A stretch of 62,005 bases of DNA, taken from positions 1 to 62,005 of the IMG/VR virus record IMGVR_UViG_3300026848_000008. The stretch is one strand, 5' to 3'. The notes under the pieces were generated by a model, which was not told the DNA's origin, did not search any database, and saw nothing but the letters and a program-made list of their open reading frames with translations. The DNA comes from a virus (Duplodnaviria; Caudoviricetes). The position numbers and the translations under genes were made by a program. Shown here one piece after another: positions 48,332 through 55,899 of the stretch (its first letter is position 1; every line of letters begins with the position of its first letter).

Positions 48332-48733
48332 ATGAGTGAAGGTCATGAAGGTCATGAAGGTCATGAAGGCCATGAAGGTGGCGGCGTCGTGGTTGGCCGG
48401 TTTGGTGGGCGTCCCGTGGAGGTGCGGGCGGAGGGCCAGCGGATGACCAACGCCGAGGACTTTGCGGATGCGCCCATGAGCGTCGGGGAGCATCGCGCTG
48501 CGCGCGATGCGGACTCGCGTTCGTGGACGCCGAGGGATGCGCTGGTTGACGTGTTGCGGCGGGTTGACCGGGGCGAACTGAACATGTCGGACGTGCTGAT
48601 TATCGAGGTGGTCGATGAAACGGAGGATGACGGCCTGCCGGGATTTTCGTTCAACTATACGATGGCTGGCAAGCATGGCTCGACGTTTATGATTGGGGCG
48701 CTGGAGCGAGCCAAGACGACGATGCTCGACTGA
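48332..48733 (+). CDS. Hypothetical protein with N-terminal (EGH)x4 repeat
   Basis: CACCACAGGAG RBS; 9-bp tandem repeat at 48337-48379. Confidence 0.65.
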   Translation: MSEGHEGHEGHEGHEGGGVVVGRFGGRPVEVRAEGQRMTNAEDFADAPMSVGEHRAARDADSRSWTPRDALVDVLRRVDRGELNMSDVLIIEVVDETEDDGLPGFSFNYTMAGKHGSTFMIGALERAKTTMLD

Positions 48734-48819
48734 AAGAGTTGTCTTGCCACAAGGAGAGGGCCGCGCTATGCGCGGCCCTGCCATGATCGTTGATCTGTGG
48801 TTCTCCTGTGGTGGGAGAG

Positions 48820-48852
48820 AAAGGCGCGGACCCGAAGGGGTTCGCGCCTTTC
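48820..48852. terminator. Bidirectional terminator between convergent operons
   Basis: AAAGGCGCGGACCC-GAAG-GGGTTCGCGCCTTT. Confidence 0.75.
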
Positions 48853-48864
48853 ATCGTTTCTGCG

Positions 48865-49422
48865 CTATTTTTTGGCGTCTTGGTTGGCCTGCTGGACTTG
48901 CCGGACTTGCTGCCACCACGCCTGCCAGCCGGTGGCGGTGACGTAGGCTACCGCGCAGGCGTCGAGGTCGGCGGCGGGGACAGGAACGAGGGCATCGGAA
49001 GGGGTTCGATGAGGGCCGGAGGCGGGACCGGCAGGGGCCGGGTCGGCAGGGTCGCCGGGACCACTTCCACCCGGCGGGTGGAAGTCGATGCGCAGGCGCT
49101 CAAGGCGAGCGCGGTAGTCGCGAGCAGAAGCAAGGGCCATGGAGAGGCGGTCTTCGAGGGCATTGGTGTTCTCCGTCTGGATGCGTTCGTAGGCGAGGCG
49201 GTCCTGCTCGGCCTTGAGGGTTGCGGCGGCGGTGGCCTCCGCCGTCTTGATGGCGATGTCGGCTTCGAGGTTGGAGTTGAGGACGATCTGGGCCTCGTAG
49301 GAGGATTTGTAGTGGGCCGTCTGGGCTTTCTGGGCCATGAGGAGGGCGGTGAGCGTGAGGATGGAGGCGGCGGCGAAGGCCGCGCCGATCTTGAGGAGGA
49401 TCGAGGAGGGCAGGGGGATCAT
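48865..49422 (-). CDS. Rz: Rz-like inner-membrane spanin
   Basis: N-terminal TM, coiled coil, Pro-rich C-terminus; contains a nested lipoprotein gene. Confidence 0.75.
   Translation of the reverse strand: MIPLPSSILLKIGAAFAAASILTLTALLMAQKAQTAHYKSSYEAQIVLNSNLEADIAIKTAEATAAATLKAEQDRLAYERIQTENTNALEDRLSMALASARDYRARLERLRIDFHPPGGSGPGDPADPAPAGPASGPHRTPSDALVPVPAADLDACAVAYVTATGWQAWWQQVRQVQQANQDAKK
48948..49163 (-). CDS. Rz1: Rz1-like outer-membrane lipoprotein spanin (embedded)
   Basis: Signal peptide with lipobox LSAC, Pro-rich mature part, alternate frame inside Rz. Confidence 0.75.
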   Translation of the reverse strand: MPSKTASPWPLLLLATTALALSACASTSTRRVEVVPATLPTRPLPVPPPALIEPLPMPSFLSPPPTSTPAR

Positions 49423-49751
49423 CGGGGGGTGGAGTCCTCTTCGGTTTCGAGGAGTTTGTGGCCGTCGTCTTGGGCTTCGAGGGTGACGAGCTTGCCGATG
49501 GAACCTTTGATGCGGCCCACGGGGCCGCCGATGGCCAGCGAGACGAGCACGATGCCGATGCCGCCGAGCGCGCAGTAGAGCGAGACGCCGAGGTAGGTGA
49601 GGCGGCGCGGCTCCATGGCGGGCGTCCACTCGCCGAGCCACACGATGGCGATCAGGAGGATGGCGATGGCCGTGCAGGCCACGCCGCCGCCGAAGAGTGC
49701 CCACGACATCATGGCGCGAACGGTGCGGGTCGTCTGGAAGGGGATGCGCAT
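49419..49751 (-). CDS. Putative holin (two TM helices)
   Basis: Two hydrophobic segments, charged C-terminus, ATGA-coupled to Rz. Confidence 0.55.
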   Translation of the reverse strand: MRIPFQTTRTVRAMMSWALFGGGVACTAIAILLIAIVWLGEWTPAMEPRRLTYLGVSLYCALGGIGIVLVSLAIGGPVGRIKGSIGKLVTLEAQDDGHKLLETEEDSTPR

Positions 49752-49817
49752 GATGGGTGTGTGCGCGCTGTGGCGCGCGCGGTCGTCCCCGCCCGCCTGC
49801 TGGCCTGCTGGGGCCGT

Positions 49818-50129
49818 CTAGTTGGGGCCGGGGTCGGTGGCCACGGTGACGTGTTCGATGGTGCGCTCGCCAACGAAGAGGATCGGGGCGTCGAAGTAGA
49901 TGGTCGTGGGTCCGCCGAACTTGAGGTGGCGGGAGCCGGAGACGAGGTCGATGGTGATCGTGCCGCCGCTCTTCATGCGCAGCTCGAAGACCTTGCTGTC
50001 CTCGGTGAACTGGTAGTGTTCGGAGGGGGTGAGGTCGAGTTCGTAGTGTTCGGGGAGGGCGCGCGGGTGCGGCGCGTCTTCGAGGTGGTCGGAGGGTTCG
50101 AGGTAGTCGCGGCCATACATGGTGGTCAC
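49818..50129 (-). CDS. Hypothetical protein
   Basis: Coupled to the resolvase gene. Confidence 0.55.
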   Translation of the reverse strand: MTTMYGRDYLEPSDHLEDAPHPRALPEHYELDLTPSEHYQFTEDSKVFELRMKSGGTITIDLVSGSRHLKFGGPTTIYFDAPILFVGERTIEHVTVATDPGPN

Positions 50130-50542
50130 TCCGTCTTGGTGGTGGGTCGGAAGGGTCGGGCGAGGAAGGCCTCGTAGAAATCGAGGAAGGCGTCGAGGCG
50201 CATGAGGACGAAGGCGGAGCCAAGGGGTTGGTGGTTGCGGCGGTTGATGACCACGGGAATGTCGGGTGCGCCGGACTTGAGGAGGGAGCTCTCGGCTTGG
50301 CGCATGGCGTCGGGGAAGGAGAGTTTCTCGACGCGCTTGGCCTCGACGTGGAGCGAGGGTGTGCCGGAGAGGTCAGCGCCGCCCGAAAGGCCATGGATGA
50401 CGCCGCCGCCCGAAAGGGGCGCGCGGCGAATGTCGAGGTTGAGGCGAGCGGCCATGTAGGCGGCGAGTTCGCGCTCGAAGAGGTCGCCCCGCGCTTTCAT
50501 GGAGCGGCCATTGGTGCGGCGCTTCTTGGGGGCGTCAGTCAT
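50126..50542 (-). CDS. PD-(D/E)XK nuclease, probable Holliday-junction resolvase
   Basis: KARGDLFERELA...GADL...LHVEAKR...PVVINRRN. Confidence 0.8.
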   Translation of the reverse strand: MTDAPKKRRTNGRSMKARGDLFERELAAYMAARLNLDIRRAPLSGGGVIHGLSGGADLSGTPSLHVEAKRVEKLSFPDAMRQAESSLLKSGAPDIPVVINRRNHQPLGSAFVLMRLDAFLDFYEAFLARPFRPTTKTE

Positions 50543-50702
50543 CGAGGATGGCCAGCGTGGTCTGGAGGGCGGTGGTGGATTGGAGGTGGGCGCGCAGGGC
50601 CAGCGGGTAGTTCTGCTGGATGAGGGTTGCGTGGTCGGCCAGCAGGGCCAGCAGGCGGTGGAGAGCAGGGCTGCCGGAGGGGAAGGGGGCGGATTCAGTC
50701 AT
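50535..50702 (-). CDS. Small hypothetical protein
   Basis: Overlaps both neighbours; start MTESAPF. Confidence 0.45.
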   Translation of the reverse strand: MTESAPFPSGSPALHRLLALLADHATLIQQNYPLALRAHLQSTTALQTTLAILDD

Positions 50703-50994
50703 CGTTGTCGTATCCTCGCTTGAGGCGGCAGGAGCGGCAGAAGAACCAGCCCTTGGGGCGAGTGCTCTTGTCGCCGCAGGTGAGGCAGGGCCGGTTCCAC
50801 GTCTTGACGAGGTGGGTCTGGGCCACGGCGTATTTTGCGCCGGGGAAGTTCTGGAGGCCGAGGCGGGCCAAGATGCGCTTGGCGGTGTCCGTGCAGACGC
50901 CGAGGCGGGCGGCGATGTCTTTGTGGGAGGTGCGGGAGTGATTGGCGTGGAGCCACTCAAGGTCGTCTTGGGAGAGTTCGACTTTGCGTGGCAT
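50695..50994 (-). CDS. HTH + C4 Zn-finger regulator (GcrA-like architecture)
   Basis: LSQDDLEWL...SHKDIAARLGVCTDTAKRILARLGL then CLTC...FCRSC. Confidence 0.6.
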   Translation of the reverse strand: MPRKVELSQDDLEWLHANHSRTSHKDIAARLGVCTDTAKRILARLGLQNFPGAKYAVAQTHLVKTWNRPCLTCGDKSTRPKGWFFCRSCRLKRGYDNDD

Positions 50995-51002
50995 GAGTGC
51001 GC

Positions 51003-51017
51003 GTTCCCGTCCTGTTC
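51003..51017 (-). promoter_or_regulatory. LexA box 8 nt upstream of the GcrA-like gene
   Basis: GTTC-ccgtcct-GTTC; TTGACA on minus strand at 51049-51054. Confidence 0.72.
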
Positions 51018-51033
51018 TTGGGACACCCAGAAC

Positions 51034-51047
51034 ACACCGTGAGGTGT
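51034..51047. promoter_or_regulatory. Operator-like palindrome ACACC-N4-GGTGT
   Basis: Immediately downstream of the -35 hexamer; same palindrome at 54445-54458. Confidence 0.6.
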
Positions 51048-51068
51048 ATGTCAAGATGTGGGGAGCAA

Positions 51069-51144
51069 GCGCCCGTCCGGGGGACGGGCGCGCAGCGCTC
51101 GGCGGTTGGGCGGAGCAGCGAAGGCCCGTCCGGGGGACGGGCCT
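51069..51144. repeat. Two CCGTCC-GGG-GGACGG palindromes
   Basis: 51069-51091 and 51122-51144; inverted third copy at 51752-51772. Confidence 0.85.
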
Positions 51145-51207
51145 GTAGCGTTGGCCGGAGGTCATGGTCGTCGGCCCGCCGCCCCACGGGCGGGCCGCCT
51201 CTTGAGG

Positions 51208-51507
51208 TTAGGCGGTGGGCGTCTTGCGGTGTCGCCCTTGGAGGCAGCCGCAGGATTTCTTGTGTCCGTCGATCATGAGTTGGACGTTGGCGACCGCCTC
51301 TTTTCCGCAGTCGCAGAGCACGAGACATTCCGTGATATGGAAGTAGTTGGGCGCGATCACGGTGAGCATCCCGTAGCGCTCGCCCTTGGTCACACGCGGG
51401 CGCGGGGTGGTCGGGAGGCCGACCCGCTCGCGGTGGTTGGGAGGGAGTTGGCGGCGTCGGAAAAGGTTGCGTTTCTTGCGGAGCTTTGCGCGTTCATCGT
51501 TGGTCAT
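51208..51507 (-). CDS. Zn-binding domain like the N-terminus of HNH/AP2 homing endonucleases (no nuclease domain)
   Basis: GERYGMLTVI...CLVLCDCG...KSCGCL. Confidence 0.65.
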   Translation of the reverse strand: MTNDERAKLRKKRNLFRRRQLPPNHRERVGLPTTPRPRVTKGERYGMLTVIAPNYFHITECLVLCDCGKEAVANVQLMIDGHKKSCGCLQGRHRKTPTA

Positions 51508-51569
51508 CGGGCTTTCCTGTGGGCTGTGGTGGTTCTTTTTTTTAGGGTGTCTCGCGGGTGTTGACAATC

Positions 51570-51900
51570 GCTAAAGGATCAATCATGAGTTTGAACTCTG
51601 AATTGATCCCAAGAAATTCGTGGCGGCTTCGCCGCACGGTCGATCCGACCGGGCGGTGGCCCCTCTCCGAGGGGCCGGGGCCACCGGCAAGGTGGCCGAA
51701 GGTGCCCCAGCGTAGATTTTTTTGGATTTGTAGAATTGACGGTTAACGCTTGGACCGTCCCCCGGACGGTCCCGCGCTACTCTCGAATTTGTTCATGTTC
51801 TTTGGAAACTTAAGGCTTTGAGGCTTGAGCGTTCAAACTCATGAATTTTGGTTTGTTCTTTTTTTGTTCTTTGAACTACCCGCCCACACTCTCCCACGAG
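51570..51900. other. AT-rich non-coding region, candidate replication origin/control region
   Basis: T-tracts, palindromes and a LexA box near the PrimPol-helicase gene. Confidence 0.4.
51855..51869. promoter_or_regulatory. LexA box
   Basis: GTTC-ttttttt-GTTC. Confidence 0.6.
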
Positions 51901-51997
51901 TTCGACTTCGTCAGCGATCTCGGAATGGTCAGTCACCGGAAGGAACAAGCGGCTGTGGGGCCGGGGCATGTCATCGCAAGGCCGCGAATGACTGGCA

Positions 51998-52255
51998 ATG
52001 ACGAACCTATTGGAGGCCCTGATGGCCAAGGCGAAGCACGACGACCGGACGCTGATCGACTACGCGAAGACGCTCCTTGAGCGCGGTCGCCCCATCCCTC
52101 CCTCGCTGGCCCATGTGATGGACGAGGCGCAGCGCGAGTTCGCTGCGGAGGAGAACCGCCGGAAGCATCCGCGCGCCGCAGCCATGGTGGATGCAGCGCG
52201 CGAACTGTTCGGCGGGGACGTGAAGGTGATCCGTATGTTCGGGCCTACGGAGTAA
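51998..52255 (+). CDS. Hypothetical protein
   Basis: 85 aa, ends VDAARELFGGDV; convergent with primase. Confidence 0.55.
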   Translation: MTNLLEALMAKAKHDDRTLIDYAKTLLERGRPIPPSLAHVMDEAQREFAAEENRRKHPRAAAMVDAARELFGGDVKVIRMFGPTE

Positions 52256-54179
52256 GGCCCAGCCACTTCTCGATGGTGCGCGCCGGGCGGTGCAGGGTCG
52301 CCGCGATACTCGCGACAGGCTCGCCCCTCAACGCCAGCGCCTTGGCCTTCTGCTTCGTGCTGGAACTGCTCACGACATAGCGGTCGTCCGTCACGTTGGA
52401 CGTGCCCCACCCGATCCACTGCGTCCGGTCGTGCAGGTCGGTCCATTCGCGGACCTTACCGTAGCGGACCTCGACGACCATGTTGAGGGTGCAGTCCGTG
52501 GGCAGTTTGGCTTCAAGCTCGGGCCAGACGGGCCAGTCGTAGTCGCCGTCGTAACGCCCGGCGTTCTGGTGGGCTGTGTCTTTGTCGAGGAAGACCTGCG
52601 TGATGCGGAGCTGGGTCTCCAAGACGGTGAGCTGGTTGGTGCTGCCAGCCTCCCTGCCGAAGCCGTCGTCGCCCGGCTTGTTGGAGTGGTGGACGAGGAT
52701 CACGGCGTAGCCTGCGTTGCGCAGGGTGATCGCCAGCTTGTTGACGTTTCCCCATTCACTGGCGTCGTTCTCGCTCATGCCCGGCCATGCGGAGCGGATC
52801 GTGTCGATCACGACAACATCGGGCTTATACCACTTCACCCAGCCCTCAAGCGTCTGGAGGCCATCGCTGGAGCGCAGGCTCATTTCCTCGCCCTCTTGCA
52901 GAAACGGAGTCCAGACGGCGAACCTGTCGTCCGTCTTGCCGAACATGTTGGTGAGTCCCTCAAGGCGCACACCGATGGTGCCCGGCCCGTTCTCGTAGTC
53001 GAGGTAGAGCACCCGAGCCGCGCCGGACGGGAGTTCCCACGGCCCAAAGTTCGGACGGCCAGAGGCGAGCGCGAAGAGCGCGTTCTGGAGCAGCATGGAC
53101 TTGCCGTGCCCGGAGTAGGCATAGACCTGCACAATCGTCCCTTTCCGCAGCCATGGCTCGATGAGATAGCTGCGGGCATCCGCCTCCTTGATGAGCGCTG
53201 CTGCGTCGTGGGCGTAGATCAGCTTGCGCTCATGGGAGACATGGCGCTCGACTACCTCGGCCATGGGGCGGAAGACGTAGTTGCCTTCGGCGTCGAAGCG
53301 CTCGGGATGATTGCGCCGCTCCATCTGCTCGACGCTGGCGCAGGTTGCCTCGAACTCCCGGTCGCCCAAGTTCTCGACGAAGAACTCCTTCATGAACTCG
53401 AAGCCGCGAAGGCGAAGCTGCGCACCCCAATCGCCTTGGAGGAGGCGCTCGGACAGGTGGCGCATCAGGCGCTCGTTGCGCGCGTTGCCTTGGCCACTCG
53501 GGATTTTGAGGGAGGACGGGAAGTTCTCGCGGACGAACTGCGCGGTGCGCTCCCACTCGCTGATCTTGCTATCGCTCGAAGGGACGCTCGACAGGTCGAG
53601 CCGGGAGAAATCGAACTGGCCGTCGATGGGTTCGGCGGCGGGAGGAACCCAATCGTTCCACGTCGGCAGGTCGTCTTGGATGTCGATGCCGGGCTGGACC
53701 TCCCACATGTAGCTCTTCGAGGGAGGCAGCAGCGCATAGGAACCGTCGCCCCGGAAGTCGAGGCCGGGAACCTTGGGCCAGTCGGGGGCGTGCTGGCGCA
53801 CATTCACGCCAGCCCTCGGGCCACGGCGCACCCCGTCCATCGGGTGCGCGAAGTAGAAGTGACGGCCATGCTTGGTCTTCACGGAGATAGGCGTGGAGGC
53901 CAGTCCGTTCGCCTTGGCGTAGGCTTCGGCGTCGGCGTTGTCCGTATCGACAATGACGATACCGGAGACCGCCCCTGTGACCACCGCCAGCATGGCACCG
54001 GGGCACTGGCTGAACCACTCGTCCACCTCTTCGGGGCGAGCAAGGCGCTCCTGATACTCGGCCCACTTGATGATCGGACGTTTGGTATCGGGGCTGATCG
54101 GGATGATCGACCACCCCCGTTCAAGATACTCAAGCGCTGCGTCGTGCGCTCCGGCCTCCAAGGTGTCCGTCATCGTCAT
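52245..54179 (-). CDS. Bifunctional primase-polymerase fused to RecA-type (AAA_25) helicase
   Basis: GWSIIPI..KRP, VTGAVSGIVIVDTD, GRHFYF, DFRGDGSYALLPPS; AYSGHGKS, YLDYEN, VVIDT, LVHH. Confidence 0.9.
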   Translation of the reverse strand: MTMTDTLEAGAHDAALEYLERGWSIIPISPDTKRPIIKWAEYQERLARPEEVDEWFSQCPGAMLAVVTGAVSGIVIVDTDNADAEAYAKANGLASTPISVKTKHGRHFYFAHPMDGVRRGPRAGVNVRQHAPDWPKVPGLDFRGDGSYALLPPSKSYMWEVQPGIDIQDDLPTWNDWVPPAAEPIDGQFDFSRLDLSSVPSSDSKISEWERTAQFVRENFPSSLKIPSGQGNARNERLMRHLSERLLQGDWGAQLRLRGFEFMKEFFVENLGDREFEATCASVEQMERRNHPERFDAEGNYVFRPMAEVVERHVSHERKLIYAHDAAALIKEADARSYLIEPWLRKGTIVQVYAYSGHGKSMLLQNALFALASGRPNFGPWELPSGAARVLYLDYENGPGTIGVRLEGLTNMFGKTDDRFAVWTPFLQEGEEMSLRSSDGLQTLEGWVKWYKPDVVVIDTIRSAWPGMSENDASEWGNVNKLAITLRNAGYAVILVHHSNKPGDDGFGREAGSTNQLTVLETQLRITQVFLDKDTAHQNAGRYDGDYDWPVWPELEAKLPTDCTLNMVVEVRYGKVREWTDLHDRTQWIGWGTSNVTDDRYVVSSSSTKQKAKALALRGEPVASIAATLHRPARTIEKWLGLTP

Positions 54180-54384
54180 TGTCTCCAGTGGTGGTGAAGT
54201 AGGGGTCGAGATTCAGGGTGGGGAAGGCGTCCTTGATCCGTTCCATCACGGGGGACGACAGATAGCTGCGGTTGATCCAGCGGTAGGGCGTGGTTCGAGA
54301 CACCCCGATAACGCGCGCAAGGTATGCCGGACCACCGAGGTCCGCCACCAGTTTTGCCACGTCAAAGCGATGAGAGGGCAGCAT
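54130..54384 (-). CDS. Cro-like HTH regulator
   Basis: LVADLGGPAYLARVIGVSRTTPYRW. Confidence 0.75.
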   Translation of the reverse strand: MLPSHRFDVAKLVADLGGPAYLARVIGVSRTTPYRWINRSYLSSPVMERIKDAFPTLNLDPYFTTTGDNDDDGHLGGRSARRSA

Positions 54385-54399
54385 TTTCTTTTCTTCCTG

Positions 54400-54495
54400 A
54401 AAAATGTTGAGCAGGCATATTGACCTGCCTGTCTCACCTACGATACACCTTTGGGTGTCATCAAGACCCCCACCACAAAATCTTTCACAGGAACG
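54400..54495. promoter_or_regulatory. Divergent promoter region with ACACC-N4-GGTGT operator
   Basis: TTGACC at 54420; 15-mer at 54446-54460 is the exact reverse complement of 34991-35005. Confidence 0.6.
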
Positions 54496-54499
54496 TCAG

Positions 54500-54997
54500 A
54501 TGAGCGATACGAAAGATGATTGGGACAGCTTCGGAGCGTCCCTCGAAACTCCCGCCACCGTCCAATCCGCCTTGCCGCTTCTCGGCGGAAGCGCTCCTCC
54601 CCCGGTCGCGATGTCTGCGGCCCTCAAGAGCATGGTCGCAGCCCTCCTTGGTGTGGAAGACGAGATCGCAGCCCTCAAGGAGGCGCGGGAAGACCTGTGC
54701 GAACGTATCGCATCGGAAGCCCGGATGCCTACCGATGCGGTCGGCGAGGAAATCCGCATCCCCTATGATGGCGACAGCGATCTGGTCGTGGCCAAGGGCG
54801 AGAGGTGGAGCTGGGATCAGGACGCCCTCAAGGAAATGCTCTCGCTCGCCGAAGACCCGGCGGAAATCATCGACACCAGCGCGACCATCAAGCGCAAGAC
54901 CTACGAGGCTTTGTCCGAGAGCCAGCAGGACCACTACCGGCACGCCCTCACGCGCAAGTCCGGTGCCCTCAAGATCAGCATCGAGAAAAGGAAGTAA
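54500..54997 (+). CDS. Hypothetical recombination-module protein
   Basis: Coiled coil, WSWDQDAL motif; first gene of the Sak4/SSB cluster. Confidence 0.6.
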   Translation: MSDTKDDWDSFGASLETPATVQSALPLLGGSAPPPVAMSAALKSMVAALLGVEDEIAALKEAREDLCERIASEARMPTDAVGEEIRIPYDGDSDLVVAKGERWSWDQDALKEMLSLAEDPAEIIDTSATIKRKTYEALSESQQDHYRHALTRKSGALKISIEKRK

Positions 54998-54998
54998 G

Positions 54999-55874
54999 AT
55001 GTTCAAGACGCTGAACACCTCCAGCGCCGAGGCCCATGCTCACAAGACCCTGCTCTACGCTCACCACGGTTTCGGGAAGACCTACCAGTTCCGTTACTAC
55101 CGCGAGCTTTACGGGCGCGGCCTGATTATCTCGGGTGAGAGCGGGCTGTCGTCGGTGTCCGACTGCGACATCGACTTCCTGCCTTTTACGTCTTGGGATG
55201 GTCCGCACAACCCGGATGACGGCGTCTATTCGTTCATGGGCATCATTCGTATGCTCAAGGACGTGGACCTCAAGGCTGCCGGGTTCAACTGGATCGGCAT
55301 CGACAGCGTCACCGAAATGTCCGAGCGCTGCCTCCAGCATTTCCAGAAGCTCCACGAAGACCTCGCCGCCTCGTCGGGAAAGAAGATGGACGGCTTCGCC
55401 GTGTGGGGCGACTACGAACGGGCCATGATCGGCGCGCTCAAGTGGGTGCGCGACCTTCCGGTCCATGTCCTCGTCACCGCTCTGGCGATGGAGGAAGACG
55501 ACGACAACGGCCAGACCCACTATTGGCCGATGGTCAAGATGAAGAAGGTGGCGAAGCACATTCCCGCCCTCTTCGATCATGTCTTCTGCGGCATCCGCAA
55601 GACTGTTGAACTTGAGCAGCCGGGGGGCGGACTGGATGCTCGCGTTGCGCGCTTCATCATCACCGAGGAAGTGAAGGGCTGGCACGGCAAGACGCGCGAT
55701 CCGCGTCGCCGCCTCAAGCCCATCGAGCGCGGCGCGAGCATCCTTAACCTGCACCAGCGCATCGCCATGAGCGATGCTGACTTCGCGGCCTACTCGGACA
55801 CCATGAAGGGTGCGCCGAAGGAAGAAGAGAAGTCTCCCGAAGCGCCGAAAGAACCCTCCGGCGAACCCTTTTAA
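54999..55874 (+). CDS. Sak4-like/AAA_24 ATPase
   Basis: LLYAHHGFGKT, ISGESGL, IGIDSVTE, PALFDHV. Confidence 0.85.
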   Translation: MFKTLNTSSAEAHAHKTLLYAHHGFGKTYQFRYYRELYGRGLIISGESGLSSVSDCDIDFLPFTSWDGPHNPDDGVYSFMGIIRMLKDVDLKAAGFNWIGIDSVTEMSERCLQHFQKLHEDLAASSGKKMDGFAVWGDYERAMIGALKWVRDLPVHVLVTALAMEEDDDNGQTHYWPMVKMKKVAKHIPALFDHVFCGIRKTVELEQPGGGLDARVARFIITEEVKGWHGKTRDPRRRLKPIERGASILNLHQRIAMSDADFAAYSDTMKGAPKEEEKSPEAPKEPSGEPF

Positions 55875-55899
55875 TCCCACCTGAACTAGGAGAATATCA

